From assembly GCA_021613535.1 (NCBI GenBank), contig CP075497.1, positions 10,044,001 to 10,108,000 on the forward strand: DNA of 64,000 nt, in the 5' to 3' direction. Source of the DNA: Adineta vaga (Eukaryota > Animalia > Rotifera). The position numbers were made by a program, and so were the translations under genes. Under the pieces are notes generated by a model. That model was not told where the DNA came from, searched no databases, and worked only from the letters and a program-made list of their open reading frames with translations. Positions within the stretch are counted from its first letter, which is position 1, and each line of letters opens with the position of its first letter. Below, in pieces: positions 27,680 through 40,415 of the stretch.

Positions 27680-28447
27680 ATGTAAGCATGATATAAATAT
27701 TTACTTCCTATATGTTTTAATGGATTCTTTTTTGTTTTTATTCAGGGATCCACGAATGTTCGGATATTGGGGATATCAAACGCCATATTATCATCGATAT
27801 GATCAACGAACGTTAGGTAGACCTCGTCATGCTTATCAAGAACCAGCAATACCATATGGATATAGAGACATGGGTTATTATCATCATTATTATCATCATC
27901 AAAACCGTATGTAAACCTGAAAAGTTATTATTGAAATCTTTTTTATCATTTTGTAGGTGATTCTAAAAAATCAATGCATGCGAACGTGACTGCTGAATTA
28001 TTAGAATTACATAATGAACATCGTGCACGTCATTGTGCACAACCTTTGACAATTAGTCAACGATTAAATCAAATTGCACAATCTTATGCAGAACATTTAG
28101 CAGCCACATCTAAATTTGAACATAGTGGAAATAAATTTGGCAAAGAACCTTTAGGAGAAAATCTTTATATGCAATGGATATCACGTGGTAAAGTAGATGT
28201 TAGTGCTAAAGCAGCGGATAAGAATTGGTATGATGAAATAGCTCTTCATAGTTTTAAACGACCAAAATTTTCGAAAGAAACAGGTCATTTTACACAATTA
28301 GTATGGAAAGATACGAAAAAAATGGGTGTTGGCGTAGCTTTATCTCCAGATGGGCGTGAAGTTTATATTGTTGCAAATTACTATCCAGCAGGAAATATTG
28401 TTGGACCAGGAATTTTTGAAAAAAATGTATTACCAGCCTCATGTTAA
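27680..28447 (+). CDS. GAPR-1/GLIPR2-like CAP (SCP) domain protein with Tyr/His-rich N-terminal extension
   Basis: HNEHRARH, AQSYAEHL, GENLY, WYDE, GHFTQLVWK, VANYYPAGN. Upstream exon 27746-27906 splices in frame; first ATG appears split AT|G by intron 27682-27745. Confidence 0.88.
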
Positions 28448-29112
28448 TGGTGAACTTCTAGAAAAGTCTTTCTATTCTTATTTTAATCGTTTCTAAGCAA
28501 AAAGAAGTCTATGAATCAACTTTTTTTTCCCAATTATATTTTTATTACCTAGTGAAAATGCAAAAATTATGCTTATTCACTTTTTTTCTTACTTGTTCTG
28601 TATAAATATTTTCATATTTATCTTTTTGAATAAACAAATATGATATTTCATTAAAAGTAATAATTACTGTTTCCGATAGAAAAATTAGTGTCAGCACGAC
28701 ATATTTTTTTAAGAAGTACATTGTTCTTTATTATATATAGAGAAAAGTTTTTAATGGAGTATACTTTCATGTTTTAGAAGGACATTTTCATGTAGTATTA
28801 CGTAAAGAATTTCGATTTTAAATACGACGAAAGAAAAACTGTACTTAGTGACTTTGTTTATCGATTGTGATTGTTTGTTGTTCTTCTTTCTATTCTAGTC
28901 ATGGATGTTTCTTTATCACGGTTTTTTTTCTTTTCTTTCATTCCAAGTTGATTAGTGCGTTTTACAATCACAAAATAACATTACATCACCAGTGAGGAGG
29001 CGAATAAACTCGATGTTCTCGATTCAACATACTATATAAACGAGAGACACTCCTTCGATTAGTATCATATATAAATATTTTTATTGGAAAGTAATTGTTA
29101 AACAATTTCAAC

Positions 29113-29791
29113 ATGTCAGGATCAAATACAGATTGTAACAAAGATCAAGTTTGTTTGAATGTATTTCTTTTGATCTATGATTTAAAATCTATTGTCAATG
29201 TAGGATCATATCTTTAAATTAATTAAAGATATTCAATTTGCTATGTTGACAACGATAGATGAAGATGGTAGTCTTCGTGCACGTCCAATGGCATATAAAC
29301 ATGGTGATAGTGATTCGAAAACTGAACTCTGGTAAGTTTGATATCTCATAATTGTTATTGTACAATTTAGTTTTGAGATTTTAGGTTTTTTACACGAACA
29401 GATTCATCAAAAGTACCAGAAATAAAGAAACATTCACAAGTTAATGTATCATTTAGTAGTCCATCACATCAATCCTATGTTAGTATTAGTGGACGTGGTG
29501 AAATCGTTCAAGATAAAGCTAAAGCGAAAGAATTATGGAATCCATATTTAAAAGCTTGGTTTGTTTGAATCGAAATTTTATTTTCACTAAACGTTTTCTT
29601 TCTGTTTTTATTCTAGGTTTCCACAAGAACTTGAAGATCCTCATTTAGGTTTACTTAAAGTTACTATTGAAGGAGCTGAATATTGGGATTCAGCAGCATC
29701 ACTTATGGTTCGAGCTGTTGGTTATGTTAAGGCTGCATTTGGTGATGCGTCAACACTCGAAGGTGAAAATAAAAAAGTCAATTTTCCATAA
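29113..29791 (+). CDS. Bacterial-type general stress protein 26 (YdaG-like, PNPOx-like FMN-binding split barrel), 170 aa, 4 exons; absent from ORF track
   Basis: Exons 29113-29148, 29204-29331, 29385-29558, 29617-29791 give 513 nt: LIKDIQFAMLTTIDEDGSLRARPMA..LWFFT..SSKV.EI..HSQVNVSFS..YVSISGRGEIVQDKAKAKELWNPYLKAWFPQELEDPHLGLLKVTIEGAEYWD. Confidence 0.9.
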
Positions 29792-30452
29792 ACAATAGAT
29801 TAATCAACATGATAAGAAAAGAAAAAGACATTTATTGCCGTTATTTTGACTTATAGCTTTAGATTATTCTTTATTTTCTCAGGATTATATAGAAACTGAT
29901 GAACATGTTTTGAAATAAAGAATTAAAACCGTATCAAACATTCACATCTTTCATTTGGAATTGAGAAGTCATCATTAAAGCAGAATAAAGTTATTTATTT
30001 AAACGTTACAAATTTATATCAGTAGCAATAAATTCTGATAAAGACATAACCTTAGGCTAATTGTTTGAAAATATCGCCTGTAGCTATTATTGATTTAACA
30101 GAAGAAACGTTTACAATATATCAAAAGCAAATGAAAATTTTTGATAAAGAAGGATGAATATAAAGACTATCGAAGGAGATTGTATACAAAAACTATTTGT
30201 TGTGAAAGATATTAATTTTGTTTCTTTCATGTTTGGAGATTCTATCGCATAACTTTGTCGCTAGATAAAACAAAATTAAGCCCAAGTCCATTATGACGGT
30301 CGCACACAATACAAAGATATCCGACTGCAATTGATTCGCGATCTCGGTATTTACTAAACACTATTGAATTTCAATTGAAATGAATTTAGAGAAAATACTG
30401 GATTGTCTTTGAATTCTTTCTGAATTAAAGAAAAATATATCTTTCTCGTTTA

Positions 30453-31396
30453 GTTCGATTTTATCTAAAACAGCAACAAATGAATCATTACTAACGACAA
30501 CTTCTCACCCAGAAATACTTTTATACAAACGTTTAATCGCATGGCGAGATGCTTTTACAGAATTAACAATTTATATTGAAGAACGATTAAAAAATAATAA
30601 TCGATCTCCAGAAAATAATGAAAAGAATCATTTTTTTCAATTGAATTAATAGAAATACTTTTTCAATGGCGCAAACAGTGAAAGTTTTTCAACAGCATGC
30701 AGAGGATTTTCTTACGGAATTAAAACTTCGTCTTTTTGATGGACAGGTAACGAATTTATTTCAAAATTGAAAAAATTATTAAAAAAGTTTGAAATATTTA
30801 GTGTGCTTTGGAGAATAATAATACAAATAATAATACTTAAATGGTATACTTAATCAATTATTTCAACGATGGGCTAATAATTTATCTCATTTACGTGAAA
30901 TATGTCCAGATGTTCTTCAATTTGGTAAAATAGATTTTTGAAAAATAAGTTATAAAAATTCTGATGATTTTCTCTTAGATTTATCTTCATGTAACACAGT
31001 TGATCAATTACAATCGAAAGTTGCCGAAATTTTAACTGCATTTAAAATAAGTGAACTTATTCACTGTGGTATGTTTTCGATTAATTTCAATTGAAAATCG
31101 AAATAATTCTTTTTTTTTCTTCAAAATAGATCTTGATAAAAATTAAAATGATAAATTATGTTTGGAATATGAATTAAATGTTTCTCCTCTACATTTAACA
31201 ACTTTGAATTACGAAAACGACAAAAAGAAATGTTATAACATGATGAACCAAGTCTAATTGATTTCTTAGATAATCCTCATCAACATTTAATTGATGTTCA
31301 TAAAAAACAAGTAACGAATAAAGATAAAAAAAAGGAATTTCTTTTTCGATTATATTTGGTTTTTGTATTTAGATTCTTTATAATGTTGAAATAATT
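30453..31396 (+). pseudogene. Decayed multi-exon fragment of an unidentified helical protein gene, fused to an MCM2 fragment
   Basis: Regular short introns and coding-like exons (EILLYKRLIAWRDAFTEL; FQQHAEDFLTELKLRLFDGQ; QLFQRWANNLSHLREICPD; LIDFLDNPHQHL) interrupted by in-frame stops and frameshifts. Confidence 0.6.
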
Positions 31397-32541
31397 GGTG
31401 CACTTGTACTTGTAAGTTTGAGAGAGATTTTAAATAAATGATATTTTTGACTTTTCTTCATTTGTAGGTTGATCAAGGTGTTTGTTTGATTGATGAATTT
31501 AATAAAATAAATATTATTATACGAAGAAAATAAGAAATGAAATCCTTCTTTTCTTGTGCTAGATGTCTGATCAAGATCGTGCATCGATTCATGAAGCTAT
31601 GGAAAAAAAAGCATTTCATTTTCTAAAGCTGGTATTGTTACAACACTCCAAGCACGTTGTTCAGTTATTGCTGCAGCTAATCCTGTTGGTGGACGATATG
31701 ATCCTGCACTTAAATTTATGGATAATGTTGATTTATCTGAACCTATTCTAACACGTTTCGATATTCTATGTACTGTTCGTGATATTGCTGATCCTGTTCA
31801 AGTAAGATTTTCTTTTTTTTCGATTTTTCGAAATAAGAATAATATGTTGATTTAGGATGAATTGATGGCTCGTTTCGTTACTGAAAGTCATATGCTTCAT
31901 CATCCATTGGCTAATGAAAACGATGCACAACAAAATCGCTCAATTATATGCTAAATTACGTCAAGAATCATTAGTTACTGGTAGTGTACCAGTCACTGCT
32001 CGACAAATTGAATCGATGGTTCGTATTGCTGAGTCACATGCTCGAATGCATTTACGTGATTTTGTCAATGATGATGATATCAATGTTGCTATTCAAATTG
32101 TTCTTCAAAGTTTTATTGATGCACAAAAATATGGTATTATGCGAACAATGAAAAAAGTAAGATTGATTTTTGAAAGAGATAGAAGAAAACATACTTTTCA
32201 ATGAAAATTATAGGTGTTGCAACGTTATTTAACATACAAGAAAGATAACAATGAATTTTTGTTATTTTTATTAAAACAATTATTTCAAGAAAATTTAGCA
32301 TTTCAACGCAATCGTTATGGTGCTGATCGTGTTGCACCAGCTGGATCGGCGATTAAAACTTCAGAAGAAGATCTCAAGAGTCGAGTATGTTTCTTTATTT
32401 CATTATTTATCTTGCATAATCATCGTTTTGTTATAGGCATGTCAATATAGTGTATTAGGTTTGAAACAATTCTATGAATCACCCTTATTTCGTTCACGTG
32501 AATTAAAATATGAAGATAAATTTATTACACAAGTTCTTTAA
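31397..32541 (+). pseudogene. MCM2: MCM2 3' fragment, copy 1 (introns retained)
   Basis: GALVL|VDQGVCLIDEFNK|[79 protein letters not shown]. No N-terminus or Walker A; donor GT lost near 31507, frameshift in A-run ~31603-31610, internal deletion at 31931/31932. Confidence 0.9.
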
Positions 32542-32617
32542 ATATCAAATGAATACTATTAGATAAACAAATAAAATAATTCTCTATTTTTGTTATCATT
32601 CCTATATTTTTCTGTAC
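31932..32617 (+). repeat. Direct duplicate (~99% identical) of 41722-42410
   Basis: By-eye alignment: about six substitutions plus one 3-nt (gat) indel over ~690 bp. Confidence 0.95.
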
Positions 32618-33367
32618 CTTTTTTTTCTCATGTTAAATAAAAATAGAAATTGTACGAGCTACTGTTTCTTGTAAAATAGATATTTAGTCAACGTATTCTC
32701 TTTCAATAAATAATTTTAACAGCTGTACTGATTGAAAAAGCCATTCATAAACGTTAATCACTTCATATTTATCAAAGTATACACGCACTAGCATCTAATT
32801 GTTAATAGTTCTGTTGATGAATTTCATCGGTCAACTAAAACATATGAAAAGCGAACAATGCAATCAAATATAATGGTAAATATGGATTAACATCATCAAT
32901 AATTGTTTTTTTTCTAATATTATCATCTTGGCAAACTTTTGAAGACATATATTAATATCATCGTTTTTATCGAATTCATAATTAATTTCAACTTGAATAA
33001 CAGTTGACACATGAAAGCTTGACAAATCATTGTTTATCAAGATATTAACTAATATATTGGTTAATTTTATTACTTTGATGAGAACGAGGATTTAGCTGCG
33101 AGATGAACATAGTGGGAGTGTTGTTTTGAAAGAAATATGCACACTTTACACTTAAGCTCATCCTCAACCTAATATTCATGTCTTACTGTTAAGCAGTTTT
33201 TTGACAGAATGTCTAAATACCTAATATTTTTGTACAAGATGATTTTTTATTAAAACACAAACAAAATCAAGAAAATATTCTACAATTAGAATACACATAT
33301 AGAAGTAACGAAGATCATACAAAATAGAAAAAAACAATATACAAAACAACAAGTAAAGATTTTATAA

Positions 33368-34000
33368 TTAAAGTATAACAACAGTTTTTATAGTTTCATG
33401 ATCATCATTAGAAATAGTCGGTGTCTGATCAAGATCAATATCATCAAGTTCACAATGAGAATAATGTTCTCTAAGATAGACATATAGCCCAAGAGCAAGA
33501 CCAGATATAAGTACGCCTGCCACTAAGGTAATTATATGGGTATCTGCATGAAGACAACCACCATCGTACGCACCAATTGCAACCAGAACGAAGAGAATGA
33601 AAATAAGTAAATGTAATAAACACCGTAGAAGATGACTATATTTTCCAACAATAGAACACACTTCAAATATGATGTAGATCTGTAAAACATATAAAACTAG
33701 CGGCGAAATATGAGCAGCTATTGCTTTGGTATCGGTAATGCATTTGATTGATTTACTAATCGAATTGTTCGGTAAAGTAGAGCAACGACATTCGTCGAAA
33801 GAAATTTGACACGCCAGTTGATAATCGAAACGCGTTATATTTGGGTTCGATGCAGTAAGAAGTGAATATTGGCAGTTCTGTAGATGAAAATGAAGTTCAT
33901 GAATTGGCCAGAAAATAAAAAGGATAATCGTTGCTGCAAAAAATGAGCAACTACAATCAAATTTCTCGAAATCAGTGATAACTTTAATTTTGAGATTCAT
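33368..34000 (-). CDS. Intronless 210-aa orphan membrane protein, ~4 TM segments with a Cys-rich first loop
   Basis: Open frame with four hydrophobic stretches; a decayed paralog at 42479-42751 supports coding status. Confidence 0.65.
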   Translation of the reverse strand: MNLKIKVITDFEKFDCSCSFFAATIILFIFWPIHELHFHLQNCQYSLLTASNPNITRFDYQLACQISFDECRCSTLPNNSISKSIKCITDTKAIAAHISPLVLYVLQIYIIFEVCSIVGKYSHLLRCLLHLLIFILFVLVAIGAYDGGCLHADTHIITLVAGVLISGLALGLYVYLREHYSHCELDDIDLDQTPTISNDDHETIKTVVIL

Positions 34001-35647
34001 TTAATTCCAAGCACATTCGAATAGAAAAACAGACGATGTTTGCTGTATAAAATAGATCTGAAACAATATAAATATGTGATTACGGTATATTCTTGTATTA
34101 TCGATAAATCCTCGAATGAACAAGTTTCAAACTTTAATGGAGGAGCTTGAAAAGGAAAAGAAAATAAATTATAATGGTATCAGAGAAATTCCAGACGCAT
34201 TTTATTACCAATGAAACATCTAGACAAATACTTTCCACTAATAGTCAGAATTATTCCTCAAACAGGCTTCTAGTAACAAAGTTAAAACATACAGAGATGT
34301 GGAATCTACCGTAAAAAAGGAAGGTTTCCTTGAACACGCGTTCGCTCACTTGGGTAAATCTTGTTAACCTCGGTAAAATTCAAAAAATTCTTTTCGAAAC
34401 TGGAAAGTTATTGATTTAATGAGTTAATCAAATTAGAAAATAAGTCTGTCGATGAAATGGAAAAGTGCTAATTAGTTTCTCTTTCAAGGAAAAGGAATCG
34501 CACCTGTAATCATATATAACGATTATAATCATAATCATCTACGAGCGAATTACACAATAATTTAATTAAAACCAATAAAAATTATGTTTTGTGAAACTCC
34601 CTACATGCGAAAGTTAATTAAAATTTTAATATGCTGCATATATTCATCTCGAAAATATTAATCCGTTTCTATCTTTCGGCGTCTCTTTTGTGAAATATGC
34701 CACCACACGTTTAATGTTAGTTTTACGCAAATGAATAAGAACGAAATGCGAATGCATCGACTTTTTATTTTATGTATTGTGCATGTCTATTTTCATATAT
34801 GGCTAATATAAAAAATAGTCATCTATTAATTGTAGATATTCTGTTATTCTACTACCTACCTGAATCGATAGCTTAAAGAATGTACAGCAATACACCTTGA
34901 GACTGCTTGACTGAACGACAAATTGAAAACAACTGAAATGAAAAAATATCTGAAAATGTGACGTTTAACTTGTCTAGTTTGATAAGACAAAGTTTTCTCC
35001 TCAAATAATGAACATATAAGGCATGAATTTATCCTTTATGTTTTTAAGTTTTACTAACAGTAGGACAAAGCTCAAGCAAATCAATCGAAGTATTAAATAT
35101 AATGCGATTACTATTTCTACCGTTTATTTGTGTAGAAGCTATACGTAATCTAGGCGATCTAGACTCTTTAAAGGAAACTTGATTAAATGCTCAAAAATAT
35201 TTAATGCAATGTTTCTGTCGATCATAATTCGTATTTAATTAATGATAACTAACTTCTGTTAGGTAAGAGAAAAAGACAGCTACAAGATATAAGTGAACTC
35301 GAACAGTCAAGCTGCTAGAGCTATACTCGGATCCGATTTAAGCAGTATGGGAAAGAGTCCTAATCTTAACAATACAATAATGATAATGATGATAATTGAC
35401 AAAAGTATTTATTTGTCAGTATGACCAACTGGATATGTGATTAATAGATGTCGCAGTAGTGGATCCATAAGGAGTTGTGAATACTGTTAGACACGTTGTG
35501 TCGTGTGTCTCCCAATCTTCTCACAACAAAAAACAAATCAATAATGATAATGCATTGAAGGCACTGGAGATGAAGAAGAACTCATTTATTGATTAAAGAA
35601 CTTTGTATCAACAAATAGTTATAGATGTTGTTAGACTTCGCTTTTCT

Positions 35648-36715
35648 TTATAGATCATTATCAAATGATAATCTTAATAAAAAACAATCGTCAAAAACTT
35701 CACCTTGTGTATCAGTCCCTTCATGAACAAACATAAATGGCAAAGTTCTTTCGAAATCTTGATTATTATCTTTATATTCAACAAGACAATAAGCAAAATC
35801 TAATCTTGCTTTTGGTATTGATCGACAAACAATTTCTATCTATTGTTCATTCTTAGCTGACCATGACCATGTATCACTTAATGCTTGACCACTTCGTGAT
35901 AATCCACCAAAGATAAATAAAATCGATGTGCTTTCAATAGAAACACCACCATGTGCTGCTCGAGCCATTGGACCAGATGATGATTGATGTTCATTCCATC
36001 TTGGTGGATTTGAATTAAGATCAATAGAATAAAGCGATGAAAAAATATTCGTCCATCCATTCCACCATGAAGATAAAGACTTGAATTTCCTAGTGTCAAC
36101 AAGCAATGATCATGATGTTGTTCAGGTGGTGAACCATGTACTGATAAGCATGACTATGTTCGTGGAACTAGGAAGTAACATATTCTTCTAATTAAAATCC
36201 TTTTTTCTTTGTCAATAGAATATCTACTTAAATCAAATCAATATAATTCAGCATCATCAACTGCTTTAACATCTTGAAAACTACCACTAAATATATATAA
36301 ACCATTTTGAATACAACAACTGGAAGGATGAGTTCGTGATGAAACTAATTTGTTATCTTTTGGTGTTCAATTTTCGATTGTTTTTGTTGAAATATTGAAT
36401 ATATAAATATCACTATGATTATTTTCTGTATCAGCACCGCGAAAGAAAACAATTTGATCATGATTTTTTGAAGATAAAATAATGAATATTTACAACGACG
36501 AAGAGCATTATCTTCACCAATTAATTTTGCCCAAAGAAATCCTTCTGATGATTTTAATGGTACTAAAAGTGAATGAATATCTGCAAAATATTCAGATAGA
36601 TTTGCGCCACCAAGAATATAAATAGTTGGAGATGAAGGAATAAATGTACTTGAATGACCAACACGTAATTGAAGTGATCGAAAATTATTATGAATTTCAA
36701 ACGATTCAAATGGGT
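35648..36715 (-). pseudogene. RABEPK: Rab9 effector with kelch motifs (RABEPK/p40) pseudogene
   Basis: RVGHSSTF..IYILGGAN, SRTHPSS..LYIFSG, LYLHGGMDG, ARAAHGG..LFIFGGL, RLDFAYC, FVHEGTDTQGEVFDDC, colinear with RABEPK; several frameshifts and stops; one intron (~36170-36228) retained. Confidence 0.78.
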
Positions 36716-39061
36716 TTAGAAGTGTTAATTATGAGAAAATATTCCTAATATTTTACAAACTGTTAGAGATATGTATGCCATCATAAGATTCAAGTGAAAA
36801 GACGGTCTTATGCATTCATATCGTATCAATGTGAAAAGTTCAAAGTATCAAACAGGAACATTGACAAATGATGGATCTACGAAACAGAAATGCATAGGTA
36901 GGCGTATTAATAGATGTGACAAACTCATTTAAAGAAAGACAAACGAATCGTACTTTCAGAAGAACAATTCTTAACAACATATGCAATGCGTTACGAATTG
37001 AATTAATACATATGATATCAATTTGTATGTATATGTTATTCTGATACGCATTGAAAATGTAATGGAGTGCAATTTCAATTTTATTAACATACTGAAAAGG
37101 TCCTACTACGATACAATATCACATTGTGTGAATTCAGTTAGAATACTATATTTGTTAGATCTCTTTCGCTATAGTGATTTACATTTCTCATGTACTTTCA
37201 ACATATTAAATTCTGTAAGTTTTGTGAATAGATAGATGTGTCACACACATGTACATTGGAGTTCTATTACTATTACTTATTGTTTGTTTATATCTGAAAC
37301 CCGAAATTCTTCAAAATTTAGAATTATCAACATTAAAACGGATGCTTGAAGTTTTTAAGCAGAGGTTTTCGCACTGATTCGTTTGAGATTATTTTCTTAT
37401 GCTTCGTTAAATTTCTTAATGAAACAATACTGATGGGAAAATTGTTTCCACCATGTTCCGTTTTTGAATTTTCTGAAGAGAGAATTATTCATCTTTAAAG
37501 AAATCGAATTAAATATTATTGATAAGCACTAGCATAAATAAACGATTCGATCATATTCACCAAAGTGACTGACCTTGAAATATGCACATATGGCATAAAG
37601 GAAAAAAATGTTCGCTGTATACAATCTATGATGACAGAATGAAACAAACTGGAGATTATCCAAAAATTTCGCGATTATTCATAGATTAAAATAAATATCA
37701 TTTATTTAAATAGCTCTTACAACGAGCTTAGCAAAAAATTGTCCAAATTTGAATTCAATGCAGTTCTCTAGACTCATTAAAACATCCTTTTTCCTAATTT
37801 AGCTTCCTCAAAAGAGAATATTTATCCATGCTGCTTAATTCATTAATTTAACCTCTTCTCTTTCTTTATCATTATCAACTAAACTCTTTATAAAATTTAT
37901 TCTTATTGTATATTTTTCTCAGCGTCTGCCTACGTATTGAAAATGTTTTTACGTGAGTAGTATGCTTTCCTCTCTTCATCAATATGTATGAATTTTGTCA
38001 TATGAACCGGTTGAGAAATCTCTTCGCATCTTCTATATTTGCTTTTAATCATATGACTTATAAAGTAAACATTTGAATTTTTCACCTTTTCAGTATGAGC
38101 TGCTTCGTTTTAATTTTTGCAGTGCCCATATGTTGACATTTTCAACATATAGAAGCTCTTCTATAGTTTTAAAAACGATATTAGGATGATTCTCAAACTG
38201 ATAGAAGATGGATATTCAAATCATACTAGAGTTTATCAATTAATATTGAATCGTTCTGAGTTTATCGTGATAAATTAAATAGAATCAGTAAAAGAAGAAA
38301 TATATCACAATTTATCAGATGTTAATGCATATAGGTTTTCACAATGAATGTATCTATATCCATCATGCAGTATCATTTTGCATTGTATACAATCTTTCTA
38401 ACTTCTATTCAAATGACGAGCTTTGTGTATTAATGTCTCTATATTCGTATATGCGAACAACTATACAAAATGAATTTTATTGTCATGTCATTTTATTGCT
38501 GAGTTTTGACAAAGAACTAATTCTTCCAATTATTCGAATGCTGAGAATTTAATTGGTTTTTGAAAACCTCCCCAAAAGTTCTAAAGAAATGTTGGAAATA
38601 TTGTGTATTTTAATGATCATTCTATAATGACTGGTAGATAGACACAAGTAGGTGTAAGTATACATGATGAAATGTGTAAAAAGTCATCTTCTAGTTACCG
38701 TACTGTTCGCTTACTTCATACAATGAGAGGTGTTATAGATTTAATTTGAAGTTTTGATGAATGAAAAAAGATTCTGTGCACAAAGGTATTATGGAAGGTC
38801 TTATAATACGTTCAATCTGATTGCATATGTCAGTTGAAAAGAATATCATTTATTTGATTTATCGATCTGTTCCATCTCTTTCAAACAGTTGTCAATGATA
38901 TCACTAAGTCTTAAATTTTTACGCCTTCGCTTATGTAATTTCTGGATAGATGGAAGACTACTATTCAATGAATAGTCCGTCAGATACATTTTGTCATTAT
39001 AAAAATCGAACATTTTTTGTCAAAGTTCTCTCCATTTAAATAAATTCCATTCAACCGAAAT

Positions 39062-40043
39062 ATGGATCAATCACGACGATTATCTAATACTAATCAATCA
39101 CGACGATCATCTAATAGTAATCAAACACGACGATCATCTAATAGTAATCAACAAGAATCAAAATCTAATATTGATAAAAAAGCTAGTAAGATATTCAAAC
39201 ATAATTGATCTCAAATTAAAAGATAAAATCTGATCTAAAATAACATAGAGAATAAGTTTTCAAAATTCCACCAATGTCATACTAATTCAATCTACAATTG
39301 TAAATGAGTGTGAATCTCATCAAAAGTTGACAAGATCTTTGTTTTTATTCCAATAATAAATTGAAATACGTTGTTACTTAATCGGATTCGATCTAAGTAT
39401 ATGCTTGTAGGATTAGATCAGACTTGTTCGACTGTGATTTTAGTGTCATTTGAAAGTAAAAATATTCTATTTTATTACATTATCTGATATTGTACGACTT
39501 GTGGAACATTTTTGAAATAAAGTTTGATTGAATATCGATCAGAAATACATAAAGTAATAATTTAGTTATGAATAAAACTTCATGTGTTCTATCTGAAATT
39601 ACTGAGTATTGTAATCTGTTATTTCATAACTTATCGAAAAATTTTCATTGAAAATTTAATGATTTTTTTGTATTAGTGTTAGAAAACACGAAAGTGCAAT
39701 TGTGATAATGATTTTCTGTTCTTTGACGACATTGTATGGTTGCTTCTCACAATACCATGAATTTTACCAAATCCATGATTACAAAGCAGAATACAATGAT
39801 TCGTCAAATGGTTTTTACCTTTTTGTCGGAACAATGACCACCCTCAGCGGTGCAATTTGCTATGGTCGTCCTTATTCTCCGGCAATAATTTCTGTCGTGT
39901 TGCTATTATCATTGATCGTGGTTGTTCGAGAAGTCCCAGTTCTCGCGCCATGGTTTGAAAAAACATCATTTGTTTTAACACTCGGTGGTGCTACAATTGA
40001 ATTTTTTTATTATCGATTTTTTTCCAACAAAAAGACAAACTAA
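39062..40043 (+). CDS. Probable small multi-exon membrane protein (repeat-bearing first exon plus hydrophobic last exon); internal splicing unresolved, may be decayed
   Basis: ATG at 39062 opens MDQSRRLSNTNQSRRSSNSNQTRRSSNSNQQESK.. ending at a gtaag donor; last exon ~39677-40043 has 3-4 hydrophobic segments. I could not reconcile the phases. Confidence 0.4.
39068..39151 (+). repeat. 27-bp tandem repeat, ~3 copies
   Basis: caa(t/a)cacgacgat(t/c)atctaata(c/g)taat repeated three times. Confidence 0.9.
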
Positions 40044-40415
40044 AAACTTTTTAAAATTTCATTTTTTATTTTTTTATTTATTTCTTAATCTTTTAATAAA
40101 CTTTCTCTCTTTTCGTGCTCAGCTCTCATTGTATTGTTACTTCATCGACATTGATATCAAACATCGACACATGAAGTGATCCAACAGATCTATAAAAAGA
40201 AATGAAACAAAGAACACATGGCAGTTGGTCAACGACTGTATAGTTTATATAATGTATTGATAGATGTCAGGATCATTGATAACAATAAGATCACGACTAG
40301 AAGGACTTAATCAATATTTTCATTGATTAAAAATTTAAACCAACAAAGAATCACAGAATGAGTTTTGTCGGCAGATGATTTTCTGTTCCTTCTTCAACGC
40401 GTTCTCGGATTAAGT

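Noticed and set aside
34100-34400. Coding-like purine-rich stretch (MEELEKEKKINYNGIREIPD..)
   Set aside because: Short and interrupted, with no recognisable family.
37640-38230. Possible decayed coding remnant on the minus strand
   Set aside because: Multiple stops in the frames I read and no identifiable motif.
39068-39151. Repeat array considered as CRISPR-like
   Set aside because: Head-to-tail units without unique spacers, eukaryotic context, no cas genes.
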